From assembly GCF_001194135.2 (NCBI RefSeq), contig NC_068998.1:54980534-55044533 (forward strand): a stretch of 64,000 bases of DNA, in the 5' to 3' direction. A program made the position numbers and the translations under genes. The notes beneath the pieces were generated by a model, which saw only the letters and a list, made by a program, of their open reading frames with translations, ran no database searches and had not been told where the DNA came from. Of this stretch, positions 28,519 to 39,986 are shown one piece after another. Each line of letters starts with the position of its first letter. Within the stretch, counting starts at the first letter, position 1. This stretch comes from Octopus bimaculoides (Eukaryota).

Positions 28519-29170
28519 TCATCATCACCATTTGACGTCTGTTTTCCATGCTGTCATGGGTTGGACAGTTTGACTGGAGCTGGTAAGGCCAGGAGGCTGT
28601 ACCAGACTCCAGCTGTCTGCTCTGGCATGGTTTCTACAGCTGGTTGCCCTTTCTTAATGCCAACCACTTTGCAGAGTGTTCTGGGTGCTTTTTAATATGG
28701 CACCAGCACCAGCAGGGTCCCCAAGTACCTTGCAAGACAAAAATCCCTCAATTGGGAGGAGAAGGAAATAGTACTTAGGAAGTGTGGCTTTGTGCCAGTT
28801 GCGAGATTCAAGGTGTAGAAGGGACAGAGATGAAGGTCTTGCTGCAGAGTCAGCAGGAGGGTGAATTGAAGAGTAAGGCAAAGAGAGGAACAATAGTGGG
28901 AGGGAGGGAGGGAGGATGGCAAAGATGTGTCNNNNNNNNNNNNNNNNNNNNNNNNNNNNNNNNNNTGATAGAAAGGTTTGGGACTGGGTGAGTGGGGCAG
29001 GAAAGAGGTGACTAACAAATGGTGGAGAGAAATATAGTAGAGGCTTGGGGGAAGGAGTTGTGGTAGATATGTGAGGGCATTGCAGGTGGTAGCAAATAAG
29101 AGGTGTTAATGATGGAGACCAACACAGCAGAGAGAAGGGGCAGAAAGGAAGTGATAACGAGGGTGGGGTG
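28519..29170 (-). mobile_element. Retroposon sharing the RTE-type 3' tail ((GAT)n), interrupted by a gap
   Basis: ttttccatgctgtcatgggttggacagtttgac block is the reverse complement of the tails at 14046-14154 and 54700-54770. Confidence 0.7.
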
Positions 29171-30630
29171 GGGGAAGTGTTACAATTAAATATATTTCAC
29201 GGAGATGATATAAGCATCAGATTAATATCTTTTGTGGTGACTGAAATAAAAATATCTCATTTCAAGTTTTGCAGTTTTGTGTATAATATTGTTGGTTGTG
29301 AAAATGATTTTTGGGGGCAGCAAAAGATTAGAGAACTGCAGTTATTTTAATGCTTTTGTAAACCATTTGGAAAGTGTGATAACCTGGAAGTTGTTATTCA
29401 GAGACCAAACAAGTATTTGTGAGGAGATGAATATTGTATGGCCATTGCCTTTATGGAAATATAACACTTATGTTTTGATATTGCCAAGAATCGATATATT
29501 TTGATAGCAGACATTATACAAGATATTTCTGTAAGTAGCTTACATAAACTTTCATTAAAATATACCAATCAACATAATATATAATGGCTGATAAAAGTGT
29601 AATTAAGATATTTGCCAATAATAAGAGAGAGAGAGGCATAAGCCATGATGCAAGAGGATGAAGCGTAGTTTTTCTTTTGCTAATTATTCATAAATACATG
29701 AAATATTTGTCTTTGGTTTAATGGGACTTTAAAAAAATGTAATGTTAGACATAATGCAAGATATTATGTTGGAAATGCTTAATGAGCTTTGTTCAGAAGT
29801 GGCTCCGATTATTGAGTATTTTAAAACACCATACATAATATATATTTGACACATTTCCCATTATGAACCCATTGTTTTTTGATATTTTTCATTTAGGTAC
29901 AACTCGTTCTGTTTTAAATATAAAACAATTACATTTGTTAAAAACAATTGCTGAAGCTAAAATGTCAACACCATGGCTTCATACTTTCACAAAACTACAA
30001 ACACTTTCTTTTCTGTTTTACCTTTCATTATACTATAAACTGTATTGTGGACAAAGCTCTCATTAAACATTTATGCCTTTCTATCTGACAGCTTTTAGGA
30101 TCAAAATCAAACTGCTTTGTGACTGAAAATCCACAGTTAATGCATCAGAGAGGGAAACAAAAAATATTCTGTAAAAACTGGAATTGATAATCGTATTTTA
30201 GCAGAAGTGTGAAAATGTCTTTTTAAGCAAAACTGTTGGCTTCTCTGAATTTTAATATAAAATATAAGAGAGAAAGAGAGAAGCGGTTGTGTGTGAGTGT
30301 AGCCACACTTTTCTTTTCACTACAAATTGGTGGAACGATTTAAAAGAATTATTTTTTAAAGCTTTCAATCTATTACAATATGTGTGTATATATGTACATG
30401 TATGTATATATATGCATGTGTGTGTGTGTGTGTGTGTGTGTATAGACACACGCACACACATATAATTTTTGGAATTGGTTCTCTAAGTACATATAAATCT
30501 ATAAATAAAAGAATGTAAATATTGAGCTGGAAAACCCTTTTGGGTAAAAAAAGACAATGGTTGCCATGGTATCGTAACAATATTTCTGTCTATCTACACA
30601 CACACACACACATACACATGTATGCACTTA

Positions 30631-30679
<49 letters not shown>

Positions 30680-31057
30680 TTAAGATTATGTTCTCGTTTC
30701 ATTTAATTAAGTCTCTCACCAGCTTTAGGAAATAAATATATTACCTTTTTTTTTATTTTATACACCTAATTCGTGTGTACGTGTGTCCTTATTTATTTGT
30801 TTCAAAATGTCCTTGTAAATGGACAAGTGTTATTAAAATGATCAGAGAAAATTGCTGATGCATTTTAAAATGTTTTATTTTATGTAAATATTGTATTTTC
30901 TTTCCTTTCAGGTAAATATATCAATATTTTATTGCTTAAAATAATTAAAACTATTTATGGTAATAGAAAAAAAGACCTTTAAAAAAATCTTTGATTCCTA
31001 AATAAACGTGGAACACCTTTCCCACAATTTCCCATTCTTAATATAAATAATGTTTTC

Positions 31058-31257
31058 TGGCAGAATCATTCGAATGCTGGACAATAATGCTTCTCATTAG
31101 CATTTCATCCATCTTCAAATTCTGCCAAGGTTGACTTGGCCATTCATCCTTTCAGGGTCAGTAAAATAGGTACCAGTTGTACACTGGGGTTGATGATATT
31201 GACTTACCCCTTTCCTCAAAATTGCTGGCCCTTAGCCAAAATTTGAAACCAATATTA
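31058..31257 (+). mobile_element. SINE family 1
   Basis: ctggcagaatc...gttgacttggccattcatcctttcagggtc...aaaattgctggcc...ccaaaatttgaaacc. Confidence 0.8.
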
Positions 31258-31534
31258 GTTATACTTTGTTTGATTAGTAATTAATGCTATTTCATTTCAT
31301 TAAGAATGCAATCATGATTAACATCAATTCCTCCCCTACCCCCACCCCCCACACAATATCAAACTATATTCGACACATTTGTGATCTTCCATTGGCATCA
31401 TTTTCAGACAAAACCTAGAGATCAACGTCACTTATTTGGCAACAGGACATTTAATTAAACACAAGTATAAGCTATTCACACAAGAAAACAACCATTTTCA
31501 TTACCAGCCAACGAGAGACTCTTTTTGGTAATCA

Positions 31535-31690
31535 TTGTACCTGCTAGAAACAGCAGCCAAATCGCCTGCAAAATCACACCCCAGCGTCTTAAAGAAAGAG
31601 AAACGCATATCATATTGTCCTAGATATGCAAAAACTGTCAGGATGAAAAAATGTGATGGTCATGACTGGAATGTCTGCTGGAACATAGCT
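31535..31690. repeat. Dispersed repeat family (tagaaa.agcagccaaatctc...aaatcacacc)
   Basis: Recurs at ~14950, 36270, 41875, 53425 and 55530. Confidence 0.6.
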
Positions 31691-32338
31691 ATGCTGCAAC
31701 AACAACAACCGTTTTCGTTATTAACAAAAATAAAACAAAGTCATATACATTTTTTTATGTTTATAATTTATTGGAATCCATCATTTTTGTCAATGAAAGA
31801 AAATTCCCCTTAAACGGTCATTGAAGAGAAGAATCGTTCATTAAAGGAATTGGGGAGAAGGTTGTGAGGACAGACCTGACAATTAGGTGGGATATAATTA
31901 AACAAAATGATTTTTTCTTTATTCAGAGGAAGAAGAGTGATGATGGTTGGAAATGCAGGACAAACCTGTCTAGTTTCCCTGGTAGCATCAAAAGATTGTC
32001 ATTAAAACAATGGTGGCAGTGATCATCATCATCATCATCATCATTATAATGAATTTAGTGTGTCCAGTGCTCAGGTGCATTACAACTCAACAGAAAAAGT
32101 AACCAAAACTGCATGAACAGTACATAGAATATGCACAGGAAGGGAACAATGAATAAGTCTTCAAAATGATGATGATGATAATGATTGCTATTATTTCTGA
32201 CCTTGTTCCTACATTAGAAACAGTCAAAATCAGTTCTGTCGCACTGACAGTTCTTTCAGTTTTACCAGAACCAGTTGATTGGTGTTTGTGTTGTTCATAA
32301 TTTCCAGTTTGTTTTTTTCCCCCTTCTTACTTAAACAG

Positions 32339-32534
32339 GATATGAAACCTTTCCAAAACTCTGAAAACAATTGGCACAATGAAGACGTCTTTATTGCCTC
32401 CGACTTATCAACTGCCATGGAGGATAATGCCAAAGTGAAGAACAACCCTCAAACTGTTTCATCACATGAAAATACGATGTCCCATCATGCAAATGAAAAC
32501 AATATTGCAATAAATGATGAAGAAACCCGACCTG
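32339..32534 (+). CDS. BCH-domain (BNIP2/PRUNE2/ATCAY-family) protein, N-terminal low-complexity exon (DMKPFQNSENN...DEETRP)
   Basis: cccttcttacttaaacag acceptor, G|gtaaga donor; 196 nt, phase 0 to 1, joins in frame to 33685; first in-frame ATG at 32342. Confidence 0.75.
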
Positions 32535-33205
32535 GTAAGAATTCTTCTAGATTCACTGTTCCTAACATAAAAATGGTTTCTTTTAAATATTTTAATTTTT
32601 AATAAATATCAATTTTCATCTTTTCTCAATATATGTGTTTGTGTGTGTGCGTCTGGTCTCACTATTTAACTCGTTATACACTGTACGGCCAAGTGATTAG
32701 TGTGTTGGGCTCGTGATGTTGTGGCTTTGATTCCTAGACCAAGCAACACACTTTATTCCACTTTATTCTACTCAGCTGCAGTTAGTTACCAGCTGACTTC
32801 CAACCCCAGCCTCTCTCTCCTTCCAGTTGTCACATTGTGGGGGGAGAGGAACGTGTTCATGACTCTAGAGGCATCCAAAGCAATTAAGGAAAGTACGGTG
32901 CATGTTGCCAAGTCATATTCACTTGTGAGTGACAGCCATGGTTTCTGGTTGACACTGCTCGTTATATCAGATTCAATGACATGAGAGAATTCACCTTGAG
33001 ATGACATCTAGTCTCATTTGTTAACTCTTCATCGATATATGTTGTCACAAGGCAACCAATGAGATTTCAACTATTTCAAGGTAACACTGACTACTACCTC
33101 CTTACTGTTTCTCTAGTAGTGTTAAGAAAAGCAAACAATTCTTTCTTTAATGGTGTCTGATATTCATGTGTGTGTGTGGTAAAACATGAAATTATATATA
33201 TATAG

Positions 33206-33384
33206 TGAATCCAAACAAAGAAGAAAAAACATGAGAACGTGGTACAAGTGCTGTATTATCAGAGGCTCAGGAAAGGAAGGAAAGAGGATTTTACGTTTTG
33301 AGCAAAGCTCTTCTTCAGAAATAGAGGAAAGTCCAAAGAAGGGAAGATGGAGGGAAAAAATCGCCAATGATACACACATGAAAT
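33206..33384. mobile_element. Penelope-like terminal fragment with a decayed hammerhead core on the - strand
   Basis: acgttttgagcaaagctcttcttcag = reverse complement of CTGAAGA-a-GAGC-ttt-GCTC-aAAA-cgt. Confidence 0.5.
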
Positions 33385-33684
33385 TTTTATGAATAGAGGC
33401 TTGTGTCACAGATGACAGAATCAGTTATGAATGGTGGAGTCTGTTGGAAGAGATTTTACTAATTATAGAATTATTAATTTTTTCTGAATGAATTAGTTTT
33501 CTCTTTTAAAATGTCTTGATGCTGCCTAGGACTTCAGAATACATATGGCTTTTGCATGAAAAATTGTGGAAGAGTTTTACATACATACAACATGCACACA
33601 CACACATGTAAGAGTCCATAGTTTGAAGTTGGTCATGAACTGGTAGAAATGTAAAGATGAGTTTTGCTATAACATAATTTACAG

Positions 33685-33888
33685 TGCGACCGTCCACTCT
33701 CCAAACAATTCGTCCCAAGAAGAAAATCAAACCAAATGTGGAATTATTTGATGATGAAGATGTTGAAGCTGACAATTGCACTCCACCAGTTGACTGTATG
33801 TTGGGGGATATAGATGACCTCCAAACTCCAGAAGATTTGGATACTCCTGAAGAAATTGATCCAGAAGGCTTGGAAGTTGACTGGGAAA
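33685..33888 (+). CDS. BNIP2/PRUNE2/caytaxin-family exon (RPSTLQTIRPKKKIKPNVELF...DLQTPEDLDTPEEIDPEGLEVDWE)
   Basis: acag acceptor, A|gtatgt donor; 204 nt, phase 1-1; acidic TP-rich segment and DWE motif typical of the BNIP2 N-terminal region. Confidence 0.9.
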
Positions 33889-34292
33889 GTATGTTATATT
33901 TTTGCACAATATCAATTATTTTCATTTTTTGCTCTTCAGTTTTTTTTTTCTTTGTTTTTGTTTTTTTTTAATTTCTTTACAAAAATATTCCACCAATATT
34001 GTCTTATTTTATTTGTATTGTGAGTATTAAACTTCCTGAAATCCTCATTTATATATATATTTATATAAATAGAAATAATACATTTCTAAATCTCTCAGAG
34101 AGATTTATGCAGTAGTGATGCGATAAAGTAGTTGTATGCTGTCAGCTTAATGTATGACAGTCCCACAAAGGGAATAATACTACTGTTATTTAGCCCTAGG
34201 AAGTAGCGCCGCTTCCTGTTGGCCTTGACACATTTCTTGTGTCCTTCTGTTTACAAGGGGGAGACAAGTACCTCCACTTAGCTAAGCCTGCA

Positions 34293-34335
34293 TCCAGAGA
34301 CATGTTTCTGAGTCTTTGCTCATCATCAGTCTGGA
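34293..34335 (-). ncRNA. Minimal type-I hammerhead ribozyme motif (antisense copy)
   Basis: Reverse complement TCCAGA-CTGATGA-TGAG-caaaga-CTCA-GAAA-C-AT-GTC-TCTGGA: all three stems pair; U-A rather than canonical G-C at 10.1-11.1. Confidence 0.7.
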
Positions 34336-34440
34336 GTAGCAATGGCCTGCTATTTTTGAAATAAGTGAATGTGTTTCACTAGAATTATTATATGTCTACG
34401 AGAGCCTGACAGGCATCTCCAACTAGCAGGCCATTGCTAC

Positions 34441-34483
34441 TCCAGACTGATGACGAGCAAAGACTCAGAAACATGTCTCTGGA
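34441..34483 (+). ncRNA. Minimal type-I hammerhead ribozyme motif, sense to the host pre-mRNA
   Basis: Stem I TCCAGA/TCTGGA; core CTGATGA; stem II (C)GAG-caaaga-CTC(A); GAAA; palindromic stem III ACATGT; GUC cleavage triplet, cut after 34477; C.A mismatch at the base of stem II. Confidence 0.65.
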
Positions 34484-34643
34484 TGCAGGCTTAGTTAAGT
34501 GGAGGTGTTTGTCTCCCCCTTGTAATCATAAGGACACAGGAAATGTGTCAAGGTCGACAGGAAGCGGTGCTGCTTCTTAGGACTAAATAGTAGTAGTATT
34601 ATTCCCTTCATGGGACTGTCACATTAAGTTGACAGCATTCAAC

Positions 34644-34674
<31 letters not shown>

Positions 34675-34761
34675 ACACATAAAGGTTCAGTACTGTTCAC
34701 TCTCTTTGAAGATACATGTGTCCTTTCATCTTCATAACTCTTTCTTTTCCAACTCTTCAAG

Positions 34762-34920
34762 GTGAAACTCCATTAGAGTCTCCCAATACCATTCCTGAAT
34801 ACACTGCTGAACAAGAAAATGCTGATTCAAAACACTGGAAATCAATTGTAATTGGAGAAAAGCATTTCCGTATTGATATGAAAGTAGTGGAACCTTACAA
34901 GAAAATATTATCTCATGGAG
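34762..34920 (+). CDS. BNIP2-family exon (ETPLESPNTIPEYTAEQENADSKHWKSIVIGEKHFRIDMKVVEPYKKILSHG)
   Basis: Matches the family motif EYTAxEE...W...IGE...R.DMK.IEPYKK.ISHGG; aag acceptor, G|gtaagg donor; 159 nt, phase 1-1. Confidence 0.95.
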
Positions 34921-36591
34921 GTAAGGATTCTGGGTTCTTTTTATTGGTCCATCCACCATGGAATAACTTTTGTCTGTGTGTAGCATTTACCATTTCAGAA
35001 ATGAGTCTGTTGCCAGTGAGAGTGTGTCTGTGGAAGTAATAGAGAAATTGAAGGAATGAATAAAAAAAGATGATTCAATGTTGGAAGTGGTCTTGGGTGT
35101 GTTGCTTCTGCTTTGGACATTCAGAAGAACAAATTTCTGGTTTCTGGATAGTAAGAAGCAAATGGTGAAAGATAGAGTCTGTTATAATAGCAGAAGAAGA
35201 GGCAGAAAGAGTAGGATGACAGATTAGGAATTGGAGGTTTACACTAAAACAAGGTTAAGCAATTAACTATATTTCTAAATATAATTTAGGTCATTAAGTG
35301 ATAGAAAGAAGTACACCATCACAAATTAAAGAAAAAAAGGTGCACTTACTTAAAGCTGATTCTTATCTCCAGAATAAACACCATGAAATGAAGGTGGCTG
35401 GTCCATACCGAAACCCGTTGTGTTGGTTTCAGACATGATACATTGCTACTAACAGCATGTGAGCTGCTAAATTCTTGGTTCTTGGTTGTCTAAGAGAATC
35501 AACAGCTTTCTAGATCATATCTGAGTCCTCAATAACCATTCAGTCAAAATATTTCTATCTCCTGAAGCTTGAGCCTGCTTAAACATAGCTGAGATACTTA
35601 ACAATATGTCTAGAATGTGTGTAAATTCTAGCTATTGTTTCCTTATTGATTACAGAAGGTAAGTTCTGTACACAATTTCAAGTGTTCTCCATAACTGAAA
35701 ATAGTTTTTCTTTTCCCTTTGTTGAACTCAATTGTATTTCTATTGATTGTGGTTGAATTTCTGTGGCCTTCATTGCAGTAATAAACTACTTCATGCATTT
35801 TTTATCAGTTCAGGCTTCTATCATTCCATCACCCTTTCTTACACATTATTGGTTTTGTATTTTGCTGAGTTCTTTTTTAGATTTTCCTGTAATAAATATT
35901 AACCCTTTTGCTACCAGGTTGCTTGACACTTGCCTCTGCTTCTCTCATACAAAAACCAGCATATTTCAATGAAAACTTTTCATCATAATTTTAAGAGTTT
36001 ATTTTCAATATTAATTGAAAGACACTCATTAGCAATAGAGTCATGAAAGGATTGAATGTGTTAAAAGCCAGTTCTGCTCAAAGTTATTTCGATTTGGTTG
36101 AAGAGTTTCTCCCTTTGGTTGTAATTTACCAGGTTCTGTTAAATAGGATTACTTTTAGCTTGTGTGATGTTTAAGTTGTAGCTCCAAGGATACCAAAAAT
36201 CTTCAGTTCAAAAATGATTGTTGTGGTCACTCCAGTAGTCTGTAGAACACAGAGGAAGCCTTTATATGGTTGCTAGACTCTAAGAAATACTAACTAAATC
36301 TTACTCAAATCATATCCTACTGTCAGAGAAATGTAGTTTTGCTTGTTCAGAAGTCATCTGGGATGAATGACAATGACAGTCACATGACAAGGCTATCTAT
36401 TTCCTCCTTTTGAAAGGTGGTGGGCATGGATTATTGCATGCTTGTTTCCCATTTCATTTTTATTTCATTTATATTTGAGTTCTGTATATATTGTTTGGAA
36501 AATATATGTTTTTTTATTCAAATACTAACTATAAAGTATTGATTTACATTGTTGCATTTATTTCCATTTTTAACTTTATTTTCTATTCTAG

Positions 36592-36694
36592 GTTATATGG
36601 GTGAAGATCTCAATGCAATCATTGTTTTCTCTGGTTGTTTCCTTCCGGATCGAGGACGAAAAGATTACAACTATGTTATGGATAATCTTTTCTT
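36592..36694 (+). CDS. BCH/CRAL-TRIO domain exon (GYMGEDLNAIIVFSGCFLPDRGRKDYNYVMDNLF)
   Basis: ttctattctag acceptor, TT|gtgagt donor; 103 nt, phase 1 to 2; GY.G..LNAIIVF..C.LP motif of the BCH domain. Confidence 0.95.
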
Positions 36695-37252
36695 GTGAGT
36701 TAAAACAGACGTTGTGTTGTTTAAAGTAACGAGCTATATACATTAGCTCATTAATGCCGTTGAAATTTAAATCTATCTTCTTTGCTATCATGACTGAAAT
36801 ACTGTTAAGAAAATGTTGAAGTTGTATATTAATTAAATTTACAACTAATTTTTAATAATTACTACCTTCCTTCAATTTCAGTATCATAGCCTTTGATTTC
36901 TACAAATGCCATTAAAAGACAGGAACCATAAAAGACAAGTTTTCGTATCTATTTTCACTGATGTCATGTAAATGATAAATTAGTAAAGTATGTCACATTG
37001 CAAGAAAATTAAAATAATTAAGTTCAATTTGAATTAAAAGACATCGTATTAAAGTGTTCATTTCTTGTACACTCAGTTATTTAAATATTAGACATTTCAG
37101 AGCTTTGATAAAAACAAAATTTTTAATAAATGGCATTAAGTGCCATTTATTAATGCTGCAGATCTTGAAGAATGTCTCTCAATGTTTAGCTTTTTGTTAA
37201 TTGTTTTATACTTTTAATGTTCCTAAATATTTTAATTATGATTTAATGACAG

Positions 37253-37384
37253 ATACGTAACAAGTACTTTAGAGCAACTCGTGGCTGAGGATTATATGAT
37301 TGTGTTCTTTCATGGTGCCACACCTCGCCGACAGATGCCTGGCTTCAGCTGGCTGAAGCGATGCTACCAAATGATTGATCATAG
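37253..37384 (+). CDS. BCH domain exon ([45 protein letters not shown])
   Basis: gacag acceptor, AG|gtaatc donor; 132 nt, phase 2-2; contains the RRxMP arginine patch of BCH domains. Confidence 0.95.
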
Positions 37385-38353
37385 GTAATCAGGTTTTACA
37401 AACTCACTCACGTTCATTTTTCAGGTGTGTGTGTGTGTGTGTTCAGTAGACCCTAAAATGAAAAAGTTGTTATTAAATATAAAATAAAATCTAAACAAAA
37501 TGAATCTATTTGTCATTGATAAAGGGTTGAAGGAATTCAGTGGTTTTGCTGTTGAATGAGATTTACTTTGGTTGTTCTTTTAAGCGTGTAAAGTAAGATG
37601 ATGAATTGGTGGAATCAGTAGAGCACTGAGAAATATAATGAGAGGACAAGTCATAGTATACAGAATATCTTAAGTTTCAAATATTTTATGGATTTGAATT
37701 AATATATATAAAATTACATTTAAAATACATTAGGAAAATATTCAGACATAAAATGGTTCTGTATTTATTTATTTTTTCCTTTCATATAAATCATTTGTAA
37801 GGAATATTTGGTTTTTGTATTTGGTTTGTAAGATTCTGGATGTGAAATCGAGTGTTGAAACAACTTTTGTTTGGGAAGATCATTATTATAAACACAACCA
37901 CTGATTTTATCTCCATTCTGCTCCTGTTGCTTCAATTAGTTGATCATTTGACCAATTAACTAATTGATTGTTCAATCAGTTAGTTTTGTCAATGTCTTTT
38001 TGTCACCATTCACCTCATCAATGATAATCCCCTCCCCCGCCGTCTCTACTCCAGTTCAGTCTGTCTTACAATTATCATTTGCTTCAAGTATGTGTTTATC
38101 TTATTCAGTTATTTCACCTTAAATGTATGGCCCACCTCTTTTGGGAATGTCTTCTGATCCATCATATTTGAGATTTTCTTTTTTTTTTTCCGTTTAACGT
38201 ATCATATATGTTCACAAATAATCCAGTATTTTGATATATTCCAAGGTTGTTGTGTTTTGTCTCCCATGTAATTCTTGTACATAAAACAGACAATGTTTCC
38301 GGGAAAAGCAAACCTCTGCAAATGCTCATGGGAGTTTTATTCTTTCATTCTAG

Positions 38354-38440
38354 ATTAAAGAAAAATTTGAAAGCTTTGCTCTTGGTCCATCCTACTTTAT
38401 GGTTAAAGACTATTGTTATGATGACTCGACCATTTATAAG
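38354..38440 (+). CDS. BCH domain exon (RLKKNLKALLLVHPTLWLKTIVMMTRPFIS)
   Basis: tctttcattctag acceptor, AG|gtttgt donor; 87 nt, phase 2-2; L.KNLK.L.lVHP..W motif of CRAL-TRIO/BCH. Confidence 0.95.
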
Positions 38441-38610
38441 GTTTGTATTAATAATGAAATGTCCATAAATTCCCATTTCTTTAAATGGTGGATAAATGAG
38501 TTTTGCCCTCTTAAATAGCTTGTTTATTTCTCTCTCATATCTTCACCATCTTGATAATCTGTTTGATTTTATAAAATAGAAAACATCAACATAATGCAAC
38601 AAATTTGATC

Positions 38611-38810
38611 CATCTTCATCAATGTTTAATGTTCACTTTTCCATGCTTGCACGAGTTAGATGGAATTTTTTGAGGCATATTTTTTACAGCCAGTTGCCCA
38701 TCTTGTTGCCAACCCTCACTTGTTTCTAAGCAAGGCAATATTTCCCAATGGAAAATTGGAAATGAAGGACACTGCTCCTATGACTGTGACCATCATTCAG
38801 GTTTTAATTT
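38611..38810 (-). mobile_element. SINE-like fragment with RTE-type tail
   Basis: Reverse-complement homology to 51760-51960 and 59410-59575 (gaggcatattttttacagcc...gccaaccctcac). Confidence 0.6.
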
Positions 38811-39887
38811 CATAGTTGTCTCCCTTGTTTTTGTTTACCAGAATTAACCTTTTAGCATTTACACTGACCAAATATTCTACCTGTTTTATGTTCAAAGTGG
38901 CCAAATCTGGCCTCTCACACCTACCCTACAATATTATTCTAAACATTAACAACTCCCTCATCAAAATAATATCAATAAATGAGCATTACTTTTGACAGAA
39001 TAATGTTTTAAGCTAATGGGGTGGGGTGGAAGTTCCCTCCTCACTACAAATATAATTTACATGAATTACAATATTTTCACTGATTATGTTAAATATTTTT
39101 TCAGAATTGATTCAGCTGAACATGTTATAAATAGCTGAACTTCCTGAATCAGTTGTTAGTTGCCGAGACATTGCATCCTTTAAAACCTCCAAGCTTCCTG
39201 AAATTCGCCAACACTACACCTGACATCCCCCCCCTCCTCTATAGCATGACTCATACACTGCTCACTTTCCTGACTTTTGTTCATAATTCGATGTACTCTA
39301 CATGCACCTTTGATGGGTTGTAGTGCACCCGAGCACTGTACACAAGAATTTCATTATTATTTATATACGTTCAGAGTTGTCTCCCATACTTGTGTGTATT
39401 TTTTTTCTTTTAGCTTCTCTTTCTGTTCATTTCTAGATTAGATTCTTATTGCTCCGAGCATCAAATATACTGACATTTACTGACCTATTGCTTTCATGTT
39501 GATGGCATCTCTGAATTACTTATATCTAATATATTGTGTCTGTAGGTAGACATTCAATATTTAATCAAGCTAAAACTAACATTGTTAAATGATGGACTGA
39601 TTTGGGGGTCTTTGGTTCCCACTGACAGAATGTCTGGGAAGCTGATCTGAAGCATTCCTTTCTTAACAAAATATTTCTCTTTCCAATAAGAGAAGTGGGG
39701 GAACAATACCCAGACCAAATCTGAGCAACCACACATTTAAAATATGAATTCAAATTCTTCTAAAGTAAACTTTTCCTTTTTTCAGTTTTGTTTTTATAAA
39801 TGAACATTTAAGATTTACCAACAATCTCTTCAGATTTTATTTTTGTATCCTTTTCTGTGTTTCTGAATTTCTGTCTTTTATTTCCAG

Positions 39888-39986
39888 TTCAAAATTCTAC
39901 TCAAAACTCCATTATGTGAAAACTCTGGAAGAATTATCTAAAATGGTTCCAATGGAACATATTTATGTGCCTGATCAAGTGAAATT
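39888..39986 (+). CDS. BCH domain exon (SKFYSKLHYVKTLEELSKMVPMEHIYVPDQVK)
   Basis: ttttatttccag acceptor, TT|gtaagc donor; 99 nt, phase 2-2; SKF..K..Y...L.EL...vPMe...vP motif. Confidence 0.95.

Larger units (their letters stand above)
34127..34647. mobile_element. Fold-back element (226/224-bp inverted arms, 71-nt spacer), Penelope-like pseudo-LTR-derived or MITE-like
   Basis: Hand alignment of 34127-34352 vs reverse complement of 34424-34647: 19 substitutions and one 2-nt indel (~91%); abuts (TA)n; carries hammerhead motifs. Confidence 0.85.
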
